From an uncultured cyanobacterium (GTDB lineage Bacteria > Cyanobacteriota > Cyanobacteriia > Cyanobacteriales > CAWCAG01): a stretch of 64,000 nt of DNA. The stretch spans positions 640,001 through 704,000 of the forward strand of contig CAWDOD010000011.1 in the NCBI GenBank assembly GCA_963803805.1. The letters run 5' to 3'. This document shows, piece after piece, positions 50,118 to 61,175 of this stretch. Both the position numbers and the translations under genes were made by a program. Position 1 is the stretch's first letter, and every line of letters begins with the position of its first letter. The notes beneath the pieces were generated by a model. The model was not told the DNA's origin, ran no database searches, and saw only the letters and a program-made list of their open reading frames with translations.

Positions 50118-50366
50118 TGCCTAATTCCTCTAATGCAGATTGCTTAAGTTTTAATTTTAATATTTTGCTTTAGCTTTTGAGACTACCAATTTTCAAAGGG
50201 AGTTTCCGCAAATTCACAGGAATTATTTTTTTTGTTTAATATAATCAACTTTCAATTATCTAAGTAAAATGCAAAGACGACCTCTTACTTTCTAGTAAAA
50301 AAGAAGAGTTGGGTCGCCTTTGTCCTTATCTTTAAATAAGTTGCTTACCTCTCAAACAACTTTGCT

Positions 50367-50906
50367 TTATCGGTCAATACTAATAATCCAACTACCAAGA
50401 TAAAGAGGTAAAGGAACATCATCAGGTGCTAAAGCCCCAGCATGGAAATAGTAAGTACCACCGAAGAAAGGATTCCTAACATTGTGAAGTACCGCTTCTA
50501 AACCAGTATCAGCAGGTATAGCTTCTTCTAACTCGAAGCGAATTTGGTAATTTTCTTTATCCCACTGCATACTTTTTAGAGGCAAGGTTTCACCGTTAGC
50601 ACGAATTTCCATTTTGCCTTCCCTGTCATCAAACTTACCGTTATAGTAATCGGGATATTTAATGATCAACGTTTTAATAGGCTTTTTAACTTTCTTGGCT
50701 GCGATCCTTAACTTGTATCTGTCAAAGTTGTTAGGTTGTCCCCCAAAATCTAAGTGATAGCTGAGGATATCAGGTCTTTCAATGCCACTGAAAAGAGTTA
50801 CGCCACCATCAGCCTTGACTAGAGTAGGAATACCCGCACCAACCAAACAACTCGTTACAGCCAAAACAGAAAGGATAATTCGTTTAGTAAGTTTTTTAGT
50901 AAACAT
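50367..50906 (-). CDS. DUF2808 domain protein
   Basis: Signal peptide, YPDYYNGKFD, NVRNPFFGGTYYF, LYLGSWII. Confidence 0.8.
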   Translation of the reverse strand: MFTKKLTKRIILSVLAVTSCLVGAGIPTLVKADGGVTLFSGIERPDILSYHLDFGGQPNNFDRYKLRIAAKKVKKPIKTLIIKYPDYYNGKFDDREGKMEIRANGETLPLKSMQWDKENYQIRFELEEAIPADTGLEAVLHNVRNPFFGGTYYFHAGALAPDDVPLPLYLGSWIISIDR

Positions 50907-51211
50907 CTTTTAGCTCTAGATAGGTTAATATTTGCAACAAAGTAACTAATCTTTACTCTTCGTAGACTTTAGCATCTCTAAAGCCTTAGTTGTATTAATC
51001 GACGTTAACAAAACTTGAAAGTGCCAGCAGAAATTCACGGGCAAAACTATAAGACAAGTTAAAGAACATTATAGAAAACTGGGGATCAGCCTAAGATGCC
51101 AATAGTAAGTAGAGAAGGTGAGAAATCAAAATCAGGATTGACATAAAAACCTAAATATGTTCGGCTTTGGCCTATACTTTTGATCTTAAACCAGTTAATT
51201 AAGGAGAGTTC

Positions 51212-52351
51212 ATGAAAATAGCGGTTGCCAAAGAAATTGAAGTTGGTGAACGTCGAGTAGCCTTAATTCCAGATACCGTAGCTAAACTAACTAAAAAAGG
51301 TTGGGAAATTTGGGTAGAAAAGGGCGCAGGAGAAGCTTCTTTATTTGAAGATGAAGCTTATCAAGAGGCTGGAGCTAAATTAGTTTCTGATACTATGGCT
51401 CTTTGGACAGAAGCAGATATTATCCTTAAAGTAGCTTCCCCCAAAGATGAAGAAATTGAACGCTTATCCCAAGGGCAAACCTTAATCAGTTTACTTAACC
51501 CTTTAGGAAAACCAGAACAAGTTAAAAAGTTGGCCGACAAGAAAGTAACCACTTTTGCGATGGAGTTGATTCCTCGTACTAGTCGCGCCCAAAGCATGGA
51601 TGTTCTTTCTTCTCAAGCTGGGGTAGCTGGTTACAAGGCGGTTTTAATTGCTGCTGCGGCACTACCAAAATTTTTTCCGATGCTTACTACTGCCGCCGGC
51701 ACTATTCGTCCGGCGAAAGTATTTATCATTGGGGCTGGGGTAGCTGGATTACAAGCGATCGCCACAGCCAGAAGATTAGGGGCAATGGTAGAAGCTTTTG
51801 ATATTCGCCCTGCGGTTAAAGAAGAAGTACAAAGCTTAGGGGCGAAGTTTGTAGAGGTTAAGTTAGAGGAAGATACCGTAGCTGAAGGTGGTTACGCGAA
51901 AGAAGTTTCTGACGACTCCAAAAAACGTTCTCAAGAATTAATCGCTGAAAGTGTCAAAAATGCTGATGTGGTAATTACCACTGCCCAAGTACCTGGCAGA
52001 AAAGCTCCTATTTTAGTCACAGAATCTATGGTAGCTAATATGAAACCAGGGGCAGTAATCGTTGATCTAGCTGGGGAACAAGGGGGAAATTGTGAGTTAA
52101 CCGAAGCCGGTAAAGATGTTCAACATTATGGCGTAACTATAATTGGACCTATCAACTTACCTTCTTCTGTACCTGTTCACGCTAGCCAGATGTATGCCAA
52201 AAATATCTCAACTTTGCTAGAGTTCCTAATTAAAGAAAGTGAATTGCAACTAGATTTTGCAGACAATATTACTGATAGCACCTGCCTCACCTACGACGGC
52301 GAAATACGTAACGAAAGAGTTAAAGGTGCTTTAGAAGTTGCCGTAGGGTAG
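51212..52351 (+). CDS. pntA: NAD(P) transhydrogenase alpha subunit, part 1
   Basis: ERRVAL, RAQSMDVLSS, GAGVAGLQA. Confidence 0.95.
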   Translation: MKIAVAKEIEVGERRVALIPDTVAKLTKKGWEIWVEKGAGEASLFEDEAYQEAGAKLVSDTMALWTEADIILKVASPKDEEIERLSQGQTLISLLNPLGKPEQVKKLADKKVTTFAMELIPRTSRAQSMDVLSSQAGVAGYKAVLIAAAALPKFFPMLTTAAGTIRPAKVFIIGAGVAGLQAIATARRLGAMVEAFDIRPAVKEEVQSLGAKFVEVKLEEDTVAEGGYAKEVSDDSKKRSQELIAESVKNADVVITTAQVPGRKAPILVTESMVANMKPGAVIVDLAGEQGGNCELTEAGKDVQHYGVTIIGPINLPSSVPVHASQMYAKNISTLLEFLIKESELQLDFADNITDSTCLTYDGEIRNERVKGALEVAVG

Positions 52352-52486
52352 TGTCAATTTTTAATTGGCGGGTATTAAGGATATCTTTCACACTTTAATC
52401 TGAATACAGCAAGAAACAAGTACTAAAACATTAGCAAAACTTTTGCCTCGTCCTCTAAAAATCTCCAATCTATAATCAAGTACAAA

Positions 52487-52780
52487 ATGACATCAACATT
52501 AATAGCAAGCTTATTCATCTTCGTGTTGGCAGGTTTTGTTGGCTTTGAAGTCATCAATAAAGTACCACCAACTCTCCATACTCCTTTAATGTCTGGGGCC
52601 AATGCCATTTCTGGTATTGCTGTCATTGGTGCTTTACTAATCTCTAGCGCGAGCGATTCTCCCCTCACAGTTATTTTAGGTTTAATCGCTGTGGTATTAG
52701 CCACAATTAATGTCGTGGGTGGTTTCTTAGTCACCGATAGGATGCTGCAAATGTTTAAGAAAAAGGAGGCTAAAGCATGA
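52487..52780 (+). CDS. NAD(P) transhydrogenase alpha subunit, part 2
   Basis: VPPTLHTPLMSGANAISG, GGFLVTDRML. Confidence 0.95.
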   Translation: MTSTLIASLFIFVLAGFVGFEVINKVPPTLHTPLMSGANAISGIAVIGALLISSASDSPLTVILGLIAVVLATINVVGGFLVTDRMLQMFKKKEAKA

Positions 52781-54189
52781 ATATAGTTGAATTTTTACCC
52801 ACAGGGATACAGCTTAGTTATTTAGTTGCTGCTTCTTTGTTTATTATTGGCTTAAAAAAGCTTGGTTCTCCAGCTACGGCGCGTAATGGGAACTTACTTG
52901 CGGCTGTGGGAATGTTTTTAGCGGTGGTAGTTACCTTATTAGATAGCCAAGTATTGAACTACCAAATGGTACTCATTGCGATCGCCATTGGTTCAGTGAT
53001 TGGCGCAGTTATTGCCCGTGCCGTTTCCATGACAGCCATGCCGCAAATGGTTGGCTTACTTAATGGCTTGGGTGGTGCAGCTTCAGCTTTAGTTGCTGTC
53101 GGCGAGTTTTGGCGTTTATTACATTCTCCCCAAGCAGTACCCCTTGATGCCACCATTACCGTTATTCTAGGTATCTTAATTGGCGGCGTTACTCTCACAG
53201 GAAGCTTAGTAGCAGTAGGTAAGTTGCAAGGGCTTATCTCTGGTAAACCAGTACAATTTCCTCTTCAACAACCAATCAATGCCCTACTACTAATTAGTTT
53301 CTTGGTTTGTAGTGGCTTTTTACTCGTCACCCCAGAAAGCCAACCTATTTTCCTTGCTTCTATTGCCATCTCTTCAATTTTAGGAATTTTATTCGTCCTT
53401 CCCATCGGTGGAGGAGATATGCCTGTAGTTATCTCCTTGCTTAATTCCTTATCGGGTTTAGCAGCTAGTGCCGCTGGTTTTGTAGTAATGAACAATATGC
53501 TCATCGTTGCTGGTGCTTTAGTAGGCACTTCCGGCTTAATCCTCACCCAAATCATGTGTAAAGGGATGAACCGTACCTTAAGCAGTGTCCTTTTTGGTGC
53601 TTTTGGTGGTGGTAATACCTCTAGTACTGGTGGTGCTAGCGGTGACATGGGGGATCAAGTAGTCCGTTCCATTGGCGCTGAAGAAGGAGCTATGATGATC
53701 GGTTATGCTCGTTCTGTGGTAATTGTACCCGGTTACGGCATGGCTGTTGCTCAAGCACAACACGCTGTTAAGGAATTATCAGATCAGTTAGAGAAATTGG
53801 GGGTAGAGGTTAAGTATGCGATCCATCCCGTAGCAGGAAGGATGCCAGGGCATATGAATGTTTTACTAGCAGAAGCGAATGTTCCTTATCCTCAACTTTA
53901 TGATATGGAGGATATTAATCCTCAGTTTGACCAAACCGATGTCGCTTTAGTTATCGGTGCAAATGATGTGGTTAACCCTGCTGCCCGTTCTGATCAAGGT
54001 AGCCCTATTTATGGTATGCCCATTTTAGAAGTAGACCGGGCTAAAAATACCATTGTCATTAAGCGTGGTATGAGTGCTGGTTTTTCTGGTGTCCAAAATG
54101 AGCTATTTTTCAAAGATAAAACAATGATGCTTTTTGGCAGTGCTAAAGAGATTGTTGGGCAATTAGCTGAAGAAGTTAAGCAGCTTTAA
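52777..54189 (+). CDS. pntB: NAD(P) transhydrogenase beta subunit
   Basis: HPVAGRMPGHMNVLLAEA, GANDVVNP. Confidence 0.96.
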   Translation: MNIVEFLPTGIQLSYLVAASLFIIGLKKLGSPATARNGNLLAAVGMFLAVVVTLLDSQVLNYQMVLIAIAIGSVIGAVIARAVSMTAMPQMVGLLNGLGGAASALVAVGEFWRLLHSPQAVPLDATITVILGILIGGVTLTGSLVAVGKLQGLISGKPVQFPLQQPINALLLISFLVCSGFLLVTPESQPIFLASIAISSILGILFVLPIGGGDMPVVISLLNSLSGLAASAAGFVVMNNMLIVAGALVGTSGLILTQIMCKGMNRTLSSVLFGAFGGGNTSSTGGASGDMGDQVVRSIGAEEGAMMIGYARSVVIVPGYGMAVAQAQHAVKELSDQLEKLGVEVKYAIHPVAGRMPGHMNVLLAEANVPYPQLYDMEDINPQFDQTDVALVIGANDVVNPAARSDQGSPIYGMPILEVDRAKNTIVIKRGMSAGFSGVQNELFFKDKTMMLFGSAKEIVGQLAEEVKQL

Positions 54190-54260
54190 TTCAGCTAAAT
54201 AGCAAAAGTTAAAAAAAGATTAAAATTATTTTTTGCTTTACTTTTGCAGCACTTTTTAAT

Positions 54261-54308
54261 AAATAGCTTATTAGAAGATTTTATAGTCTCAGAATAAGCT
54301 ATTTTTTT
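54261..54308 (+). terminator. Possible terminator hairpin after pntB
   Basis: AAATAGCTTATT (54261-54272) / AATAAGCTATTT (54293-54304), followed by a T run. Confidence 0.5.
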
Positions 54309-54392
54309 CTTGGAAAATATTAGCGATCTTGGTTAAGATATGTTAAAAGATATATAAGTTTTTATCAAAAAGCCATGGAACAGGAGATTTAA

Positions 54393-55211
54393 GTGGGTTA
54401 CTCTGTTGAGGTAAATGGAGACAACTTTCGCAGTGAAGTTATCGAAAAGTCTTTTGAAAAATTAGTCTTAGTAGACTTTTTTGCTACTTGGTGTGGCCCT
54501 TGCAAACTGCTTAAGCCAATTTTAGAGAAACTGGTTAAAGAATATGATTTTGTCTTTGCGAAGGTGGATATTGACCAAAACCAAGACTTAGCAGACAAGT
54601 TTAAAGTAGAAGGAGTTCCTGATGTCAGGATTTTTAACAAAGGAGAAATGCTGCCAGGATTTGTTGGGGTTTTTCAAGAATCTCAAATTAGAGATTTACT
54701 AGAGAAATTAAATCTCACTTCAAGTTTAGAACAAGGATTAACAGAGGCTAAGGTTTCTGTAGCAATGGGAGATATGCAGGCAGCAAAAAGGATTTACGAT
54801 AGCTTGTTTGCAATGTATCCTGATAACAGCAGATTAGTTATTGAAGCGGCTAAATTTCTGATTCGTTGTAACCAATTAGATGCTGCTAATAACTTTTTGA
54901 GTCGAGTCAGCATTGAAGATCAAGAATACGCAGCTAAAGTACAGGGAATTAAAGCCCTAATTCAGTTTAAGTTAGAAGCTGATCATCCTGGCGAAAATGA
55001 ATTAGATCAACTTTATACCAAAGCAGCAGGGCTAGCGGTTAAAGAAGAATATGAACAAGCTTTAACAATATTTTTAGATATTGTTGGCAGGAGTCGACAG
55101 TATAAACAAGATGGGGCGAGAAAAGCGATGTTAGCTATTTTTGATCTATTAGGTAAAAAACACCGTCTAACTCAAATTTATCAGCAAGAATTGATGCTAA
55201 CTTTGTATTAG
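54393..55211 (+). CDS. Thioredoxin-TPR protein (YbbN/CnoX-like)
   Basis: WCGPC, then TPR helices and ARKAMLAIF. Confidence 0.9.
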   Translation: MGYSVEVNGDNFRSEVIEKSFEKLVLVDFFATWCGPCKLLKPILEKLVKEYDFVFAKVDIDQNQDLADKFKVEGVPDVRIFNKGEMLPGFVGVFQESQIRDLLEKLNLTSSLEQGLTEAKVSVAMGDMQAAKRIYDSLFAMYPDNSRLVIEAAKFLIRCNQLDAANNFLSRVSIEDQEYAAKVQGIKALIQFKLEADHPGENELDQLYTKAAGLAVKEEYEQALTIFLDIVGRSRQYKQDGARKAMLAIFDLLGKKHRLTQIYQQELMLTLY

Positions 55212-55251
55212 GAACCAGGAAAAACTAAAACTAGAAACTAGCAACCAGTAA

Positions 55252-55647
55252 TTAACCTTCAACAATGATTTTAGCAATCATACCTGCACCACGATGGGGT
55301 TGACAATAATAATCATATTCTCCAGCCGGAGTGTCTTCTGGAAACTGGGTAGAATATGATTGACCTGTAGAAAACATCAACTTGGGATTAGAAAGTTGTC
55401 TTGCTAAAGAACTATCTCCATTAGGTACTCTCCAAAAGATAACATTGTGAGGAGCTAGTTTATTCATCACAAATTTAACTGTGTTTCCTGGCTTAATAGT
55501 AAGAGTTTCCGGGACAAATTTTAACTCGCCACTATCGGTCCCCATTTTAACAGTATAGGTTTGAGCTTGGGCTGGTTGAACTGAGAGAATTAATGTTGCT
55601 ATAACAAACATTAATATGGTTAGTTGTTTTAGTATTTTCTTGATCAA
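55252..55647 (-). CDS. petE: Plastocyanin
   Basis: Signal peptide AQA; Cu ligands PHNV and YYCQPHRGAGM. Confidence 0.93.
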   Translation of the reverse strand: MIKKILKQLTILMFVIATLILSVQPAQAQTYTVKMGTDSGELKFVPETLTIKPGNTVKFVMNKLAPHNVIFWRVPNGDSSLARQLSNPKLMFSTGQSYSTQFPEDTPAGEYDYYCQPHRGAGMIAKIIVEG

Positions 55648-55770
55648 CTTACTTGTTTCCTTTTTGAAGAAGATTTTTAATAAAAAACGGTAACAAACAG
55701 TTCATAAAAAATTATCTGTCTGTACCGTTTCTATTACCTATTACATAGATATCTTTAACTATTCTGAGGC

Positions 55771-56292
55771 TTAATTGTAAACCTTACCACCTCCCCAGAC
55801 CTTGCCGAGTATCTTCTGTTGTACAAGAATGTGACCAGCAATATCTTCTAAATCCTCTTCAGTAAGATTTCTCATAGAGAGCCAAATATCAGATCGACTA
55901 GTATTAGGATGTATCTCCTTTAGGTCAACTTCTCCATCATAACTAGTTGGGTTTTCCATGTAATCAACTAATGCCAACACATTATCACGACGAGGTTCAG
56001 CACCTTCGAGGGCTTCTTGATTTAAGGTAACATTAGGATTGGTTTTAGTTCTGCCCGCAGCATGACACTTAGAACAGGTATTGCGAAACAATCGCTGTCC
56101 TTGATCAAGCTGTTTTGTACTAAAAACGACTTCTTCCCCCCCTTCATTTAAGGGTACTGTGCGGAGACTTTCTTCTAGTTCATAAGCAGAAGCATTGGCA
56201 ATACCTAATTGAAAGGTAAACAATAAAGTCGCTACAGTTACCCATAAAAGTCGCTTTAGGTTGGTTCTCCTAAAAAAATTTGGCTTTTTCAT
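55771..56292 (-). CDS. psbV: Photosystem II cytochrome c550
   Basis: CSKCH haem motif, TKTNPNV, AEPRRDN, EIHP distal His, WGGGK. Start codon uncertain. Confidence 0.88.
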   Translation of the reverse strand: MKKPNFFRRTNLKRLLWVTVATLLFTFQLGIANASAYELEESLRTVPLNEGGEEVVFSTKQLDQGQRLFRNTCSKCHAAGRTKTNPNVTLNQEALEGAEPRRDNVLALVDYMENPTSYDGEVDLKEIHPNTSRSDIWLSMRNLTEEDLEDIAGHILVQQKILGKVWGGGKVYN

Positions 56293-56589
56293 GATTGTTG
56301 GTTTTATACAGCAATAACTCAATCTATTTATTTCATCCCAGCTAGGATTAGGTGAAATAAGCACTTTAAAAGAGCGTTTTAGAATAGTCTTCTTAAGCTA
56401 ATAATTTACGCTTCAAGCTTGATATAGCGCAATTCATAGACAAATGAAGTTAGTTTCTGCGATGATTGTCGCAAAATTCTTGACGAGCTTTTGCCTAGCT
56501 GTAAAGAAACTATAGAGTTGTTCTCATAAATATCATGCCATGAGCAATGAGCAATGATGACTGATAACTGATCATTGATAACTGTTAAT

Positions 56590-57380
56590 TTATGTTAAGT
56601 AGGGGCGACAAATAGATAAGGAATTATGAAGATTAACCACATCACCAATAACTGCAATAGCTGGGGCTTCAAAATTACTTTCTTCTACTTGCTTGACAAT
56701 GGTTTCTAAAGAACCAATTAATTGCTGTTGTTCTGGTCTAGTTCCCCAACGTACTAGGGCAATGGGGGTTGTAGCTGATAAACCTGCTGTTTGTAGTTCT
56801 TGAAGTATATTGGGTAGGTTGTGAACCCCCATGTAAATAACAATAGTTTCTGAACCTTTAGCGATCGCACTCCAATCTACTTGAGGACGGTATTTACCTG
56901 CTGACTCATGACCTGTAACGAAGGTAACGGAGGAACTATGATGACGATGGGTAATAGGAATCCCCGCATAGGCAGGGGCAGCGATACCAGAAGTTATTCC
57001 TGGTACAACTTCTACCGAAACTCCGGCTGCTACCAAGTCTTGCATTTCTTCTCCACCACGGCCAAATACAAAGGGATCACCACCTTTGAGGCGTACTACC
57101 ACAGCGTTGGTTTGAGCTTTTTCTATTAGTAGCTTAGTGGTTTCATCTTGCAATTTTGAATGACGACCTCTTCTTTTCCCTGCGTCAATACGTTCGGCAC
57201 GAGAACTAATCATCCCTAAAATTGGTTCGCTGACTAAAGCATCATAAACAACTACATCAGCGTGTTCAAGTAAGGTTTTCCCTTTTAAAGTAAAAAGTCC
57301 AGGATCTCCTGCCCTGCACCAACTAAATAAACTTTACCTTGGCATGAGGATTGTTTAATAAGAATATTTGCTTGATTCAT
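56590..57380 (-). pseudogene. cobA: Uroporphyrinogen-III C-methyltransferase; frameshift near 57311 (likely sequencing indel)
   Basis: GKVYLVGAG-[P]GDPGL is restored by one added C; YDALV, RLKGGDPFVFGRGGEE, PGITS. Confidence 0.88.
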
Positions 57381-57418
57381 TGATTTGCTTTTTGATTCTC
57401 GGAGATGTCTATTAGCCG

Positions 57419-58213
57419 TTAGCAAAAATTAAGTTTTTCAGCAACTAGATCAGCTAGTTCAGTGGTTGTTCCTAAAGGTTTTCCTAAAAGGAGTTGGAGA
57501 TGGGGGAAATGAGTTTGTAGTTTTTGGACTTGGGTGGCGATCGCTTCTGTTATGCCGCCGTTGAAAAGGAAGTAAGGTAGGATAGCAATTTTTTGATGTC
57601 CGATGGCTTCTAAAGCTGTTACTTGTTCTTGTAAAGTAGGGGCTACAGACCAATAAGCAACTGCGGCGTTTAAACTAGAGGCGATCGCTTTGACAGGTTG
57701 ATTACCTCCTAAGCGACGGCTACCGTGGGAGAGGAGAATTCTGGCTGAAGTTGGGAATTGAGCAAACTTCTTGGTTAAGATTGTTGTTAAATCATCGTTG
57801 CTACCGAGGTAGGGTAATAATTCGAGAGCAATTTCTCCAGGGAGGTTTTTCTTTGCTAAAGCAATTTCAGTTGGAATATCTTCTTTGACATGAACTCCAG
57901 CTAAAAGGAACATCGGTAAAATTTTTACTTGTTTAAGTCCTGCTTGTTTTGCCTGGAGAGCAAATTTGGTAATACTTTGATTTAGAGGGATTTTTCCTAA
58001 TTCTAAAACTGCGGTGGTGATTAAAGGAGAGGTCGTTTTGTTAAGCAAAGCTAGAGAGTTGGGTTGTTGCTTCACTACAGATAGCTGAGGTGTGTGGTGA
58101 ATAACAGACTCTAAGCGCTGTTGAATAAGATATGCCAGCCTTTCCCCAGCTATTTGCGGTCGAGGATCGCGGCTGCCATGAAATACAAGTAGATAAGCCG
58201 AAGATAATGTCAA
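57419..58213 (-). CDS. Sirohydrochlorin chelatase (CbiX/SirB family)
   Basis: HGSRDP, FLLAGVHVKEDIP, second HGSR, PYFLF; upstream of cobA. Confidence 0.88.
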   Translation of the reverse strand: MTLSSAYLLVFHGSRDPRPQIAGERLAYLIQQRLESVIHHTPQLSVVKQQPNSLALLNKTTSPLITTAVLELGKIPLNQSITKFALQAKQAGLKQVKILPMFLLAGVHVKEDIPTEIALAKKNLPGEIALELLPYLGSNDDLTTILTKKFAQFPTSARILLSHGSRRLGGNQPVKAIASSLNAAVAYWSVAPTLQEQVTALEAIGHQKIAILPYFLFNGGITEAIATQVQKLQTHFPHLQLLLGKPLGTTTELADLVAEKLNFC

Positions 58214-58401
58214 GGTAGTTTAAATAAAAGTTAGTTTTCTTAAAATTTATCCTTTTGTTTTGGCATATTCTGTATCAATTGTTGCGGAGAAGTTAAGTAG
58301 AATATCAGTTATCAATGATCAGTTATCAGTCATCATTGATTAGTAAAAGACTACTCTTTCCCCTTAATTACTCATCAATTTGCAAATTAGTCTAAGTAAT
58401 C

Positions 58402-59698
58402 ATGACAGAAAAGGCCTGATTCAGTTTCTCCAGATTTGGAGGCAGTTAGTAATAACAATTCTAATGGTGCAAATAATCAAGGTGATGAAGGTAAAGCTTC
58501 AGCTACAATTCTAGCCCAGCAAATACCAGAAGTCCCTTTAGCTGTGTTGCCCAGCAATCAACTTGTCTATCAAGGTGATCCCCTTAGTAAAGAAAAAGCT
58601 AATTCTTCCAAGTCTTGGATTATTCTCACTGCCGTTACGGTGATGTTGGTGGGATTGTTTTTGAATAATACTTGGATTGGGCTTTCTGGCAGCTTAGTTG
58701 CTCTGTTAACTTCTTTGGGAGTAATTCTACCTCCGGTTAAAACATGGCTGTCTGAGAACCTGAGAAGGCAAGAAGGAGTCCAATTAATTGCTTTTGTAGG
58801 CTTTGTACTAGCTTCAGCTTGTTTGTTTAAGTTTATTGGGGTTTACAGTGGCATTAGTAACTTATTGATTCAAATCAAGTGGGATGAGTTTGGTTCATGG
58901 GCCGATTGGGTTGGTGCTTTAGGACAAATTTTAATTGCTGTTTTGGCCGTTTATGTAGCTTGGCAGCAGTATGTGATTTCCAAAGATTTAACCATTCGCC
59001 AAAATACAATTACTCAACAACAAACCATTGATGCTTATTTCCAAGGTGTTTCAGATTTAGCCCTCAACGATGAAGGATTATTAGAAGATTGGCCCCAGGA
59101 AAGGGCGATCGCCGAAGGAAGAATTGCCGCAATTTTAAGCGGTGTAGATTCGATGGGGAAAGCGAAAATTCTGCGTTTTCTTTCCCAATCTAGGTTACTT
59201 ACTCCTTTGATGCGCGATCGCCATTTAGGAAGACCAATTTTGGATGGTAAAGGTGGTTATGCTGAAGATCGTAGTTATGGTATTCGGGTAATTAGTTTAG
59301 GAGTTGTTTTAGCTGGGGCTGATCTGTCTAAAACAGATTTACGTTGGACAGATTTAAGCGAAGCAAATATGGTTCGTGCCAACTTGGCAGGTTGTGATCT
59401 AGTTAAAGCTAATCTCTGTCGCACGGTATTATACGAGGCCAATTTAGCAGGGGCTGATGTTAAGGGGACACGCTTTTTTTACGGCTCTATTAAAAGCGCT
59501 ACTCCTCGCAGTCGTACCTCTGGCCCCAATTATAAAACCGGAGCTTGCACAGGTACAGTAATAGAAAAAGCTAACCTCGCTGGGGTAAAAAGAATGAGTG
59601 CCGAACAACGCTATTATTGTTGCGCTTGGGGAGGAGAAAAAACCAGGGCAACTATTCCTGGAGGTTGTGAGGGAATTCCTAATAAGTTGGGGAGATAG
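58402..59698 (+). CDS. Membrane-anchored pentapeptide-repeat protein
   Basis: N-terminal TM helices, then A(D/N)Lxx repeats. ORF track start is TTG 58436; ATG 58402 comes into frame if one base is removed at 58409-58414. Confidence 0.85.
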
Positions 59699-59753
59699 GC
59701 AGGTAGGGAGATGGGGAGAAAACTATTAGCAACTAGTCATTAGCCATTAGCCA

Positions 59754-61049
59754 TTAGCCATCATTAATTTCATTCCATTCTTTTGCCGCATCACTAACAG
59801 CATCTTTGACGGTTTTCTTGTCTAACATCGCTGCTTGTAAGTTTTCATAAATCAACTTTTGTAGACTATTAAGATTCTTCATTGCTGGTACTAAAACTTT
59901 GGCATCATTGATTTGTTTAGCACTAACTTTACGGGCATATTCTACAGAAGAAACATTGGCTTCAGTGGCAGTTTGAGAAATATATTCTTTAACTCCTTCT
60001 ACCGTAGAAGGTAAAACGTTGGCTGCTTTAGCAAAGGCTAATTGATTTTCTGTATTAGTAACAAAAGCAGCGAAATCCACAGATTCTTCTGGTTTGTTAG
60101 TATCGCGAGGAATTACTAGATTCATCACCGCTACATTTTTGAAGCCAGTTTCTCCAGTAATTTGTGGTGCAGAAGCAGAAACAGCAGAAATAGCTGGGGC
60201 ATTGTTGGCGATCGCCTTTAAAAATTCTGCACCGGAAGAAAGAAGGGCAGTTTCTCCTGCTTGATAAAGTTCAATGGCGTAGCGATGCCCTTGGGTGAGA
60301 ACTTCTTTAGGTAAAAGTTCTTGTTGATAAAGGTCTACCCAATATTGAAAAGCGGCTAAACCTTCTGGGGTATTAAAAGCAGCATTCCCTTCTTCATCCA
60401 CTAAGTTAACCCCCATTTGTACCAAAGATTCTAAAACTTCACCGGAATCATCGGCTACAAAGGTAACAAAAAAAGCATATTTACCGGTTGCGTCTTTAAT
60501 TTGCTTAGCAACTTTAGCCAATTCTTCATAGGTAGTAGGAGGTTGGCTAACCCCTGCTTTTTTTAACAATTCTTGGTTATAAATAGTCACCCTCGTAGTT
60601 AAATACCAAGGGAAGCCAAAACTAGTATTTTCAATGGTACTAGCTTGCCAAATATTTTCTAAGTAGGTTTGTTTAATCTCTGGGGAAATGGCATCATCCA
60701 AATTTAACCAAGCATCCCGTGTCGCTAATTGAGAAGCAAAATTAGGATTGAGGTTGACCACATCAGGGGCATTTTTTGCCGATACTGCGGTAAGAATTTT
60801 ACTTTCCATAGCCGACCAAGGTACATCTACCCATTTAACTTTGACTTGAGGATTTTCTGCCTCGAAATTAGAGATTAAGCCATTAAAGTACTCGGTAAAC
60901 TCCGGCTGTAGTTGCATTGTCCAAAACTCAAGTTCCTGACTTTGAGATGATTTGGGGCCAGGGTTACAGCTTATTAACCAGCTTACCAATAATCCCAATA
61001 GCGCCCATAAGCCCAGACGTTGAAGGTTTCGGATCTTGCTCATTTTCAC
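59754..61049 (-). CDS. Sugar ABC transporter substrate-binding lipoprotein
   Basis: Lipobox LISC, APDVVNL, PWYL...YN, PPTTYEEL. Confidence 0.88.
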   Translation of the reverse strand: MKMSKIRNLQRLGLWALLGLLVSWLISCNPGPKSSQSQELEFWTMQLQPEFTEYFNGLISNFEAENPQVKVKWVDVPWSAMESKILTAVSAKNAPDVVNLNPNFASQLATRDAWLNLDDAISPEIKQTYLENIWQASTIENTSFGFPWYLTTRVTIYNQELLKKAGVSQPPTTYEELAKVAKQIKDATGKYAFFVTFVADDSGEVLESLVQMGVNLVDEEGNAAFNTPEGLAAFQYWVDLYQQELLPKEVLTQGHRYAIELYQAGETALLSSGAEFLKAIANNAPAISAVSASAPQITGETGFKNVAVMNLVIPRDTNKPEESVDFAAFVTNTENQLAFAKAANVLPSTVEGVKEYISQTATEANVSSVEYARKVSAKQINDAKVLVPAMKNLNSLQKLIYENLQAAMLDKKTVKDAVSDAAKEWNEINDG

Positions 61050-61175
61050 TCAAATTAAGATTACTTATTAATCATGTCTATTATGACGTGCAAGGGAAAG
61101 GACGTACAATAGGCAGCTATGTTGCCTAAATTCAACTCTCAGGCAGCTTTTCAGTAAGAATATAGGTTGATATTT

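Noticed and set aside
51212-54189. Split pntA as another frameshift
   Set aside because: Both parts have proper starts and stops with a 135-bp spacer. The three-gene transhydrogenase layout is well known.
55771-56364. psbV2 call and the 56364 start
   Set aside because: The distal His (EIHP) and C-terminus match true PsbV. The long N-terminal extension precedes the SD and signal peptide.
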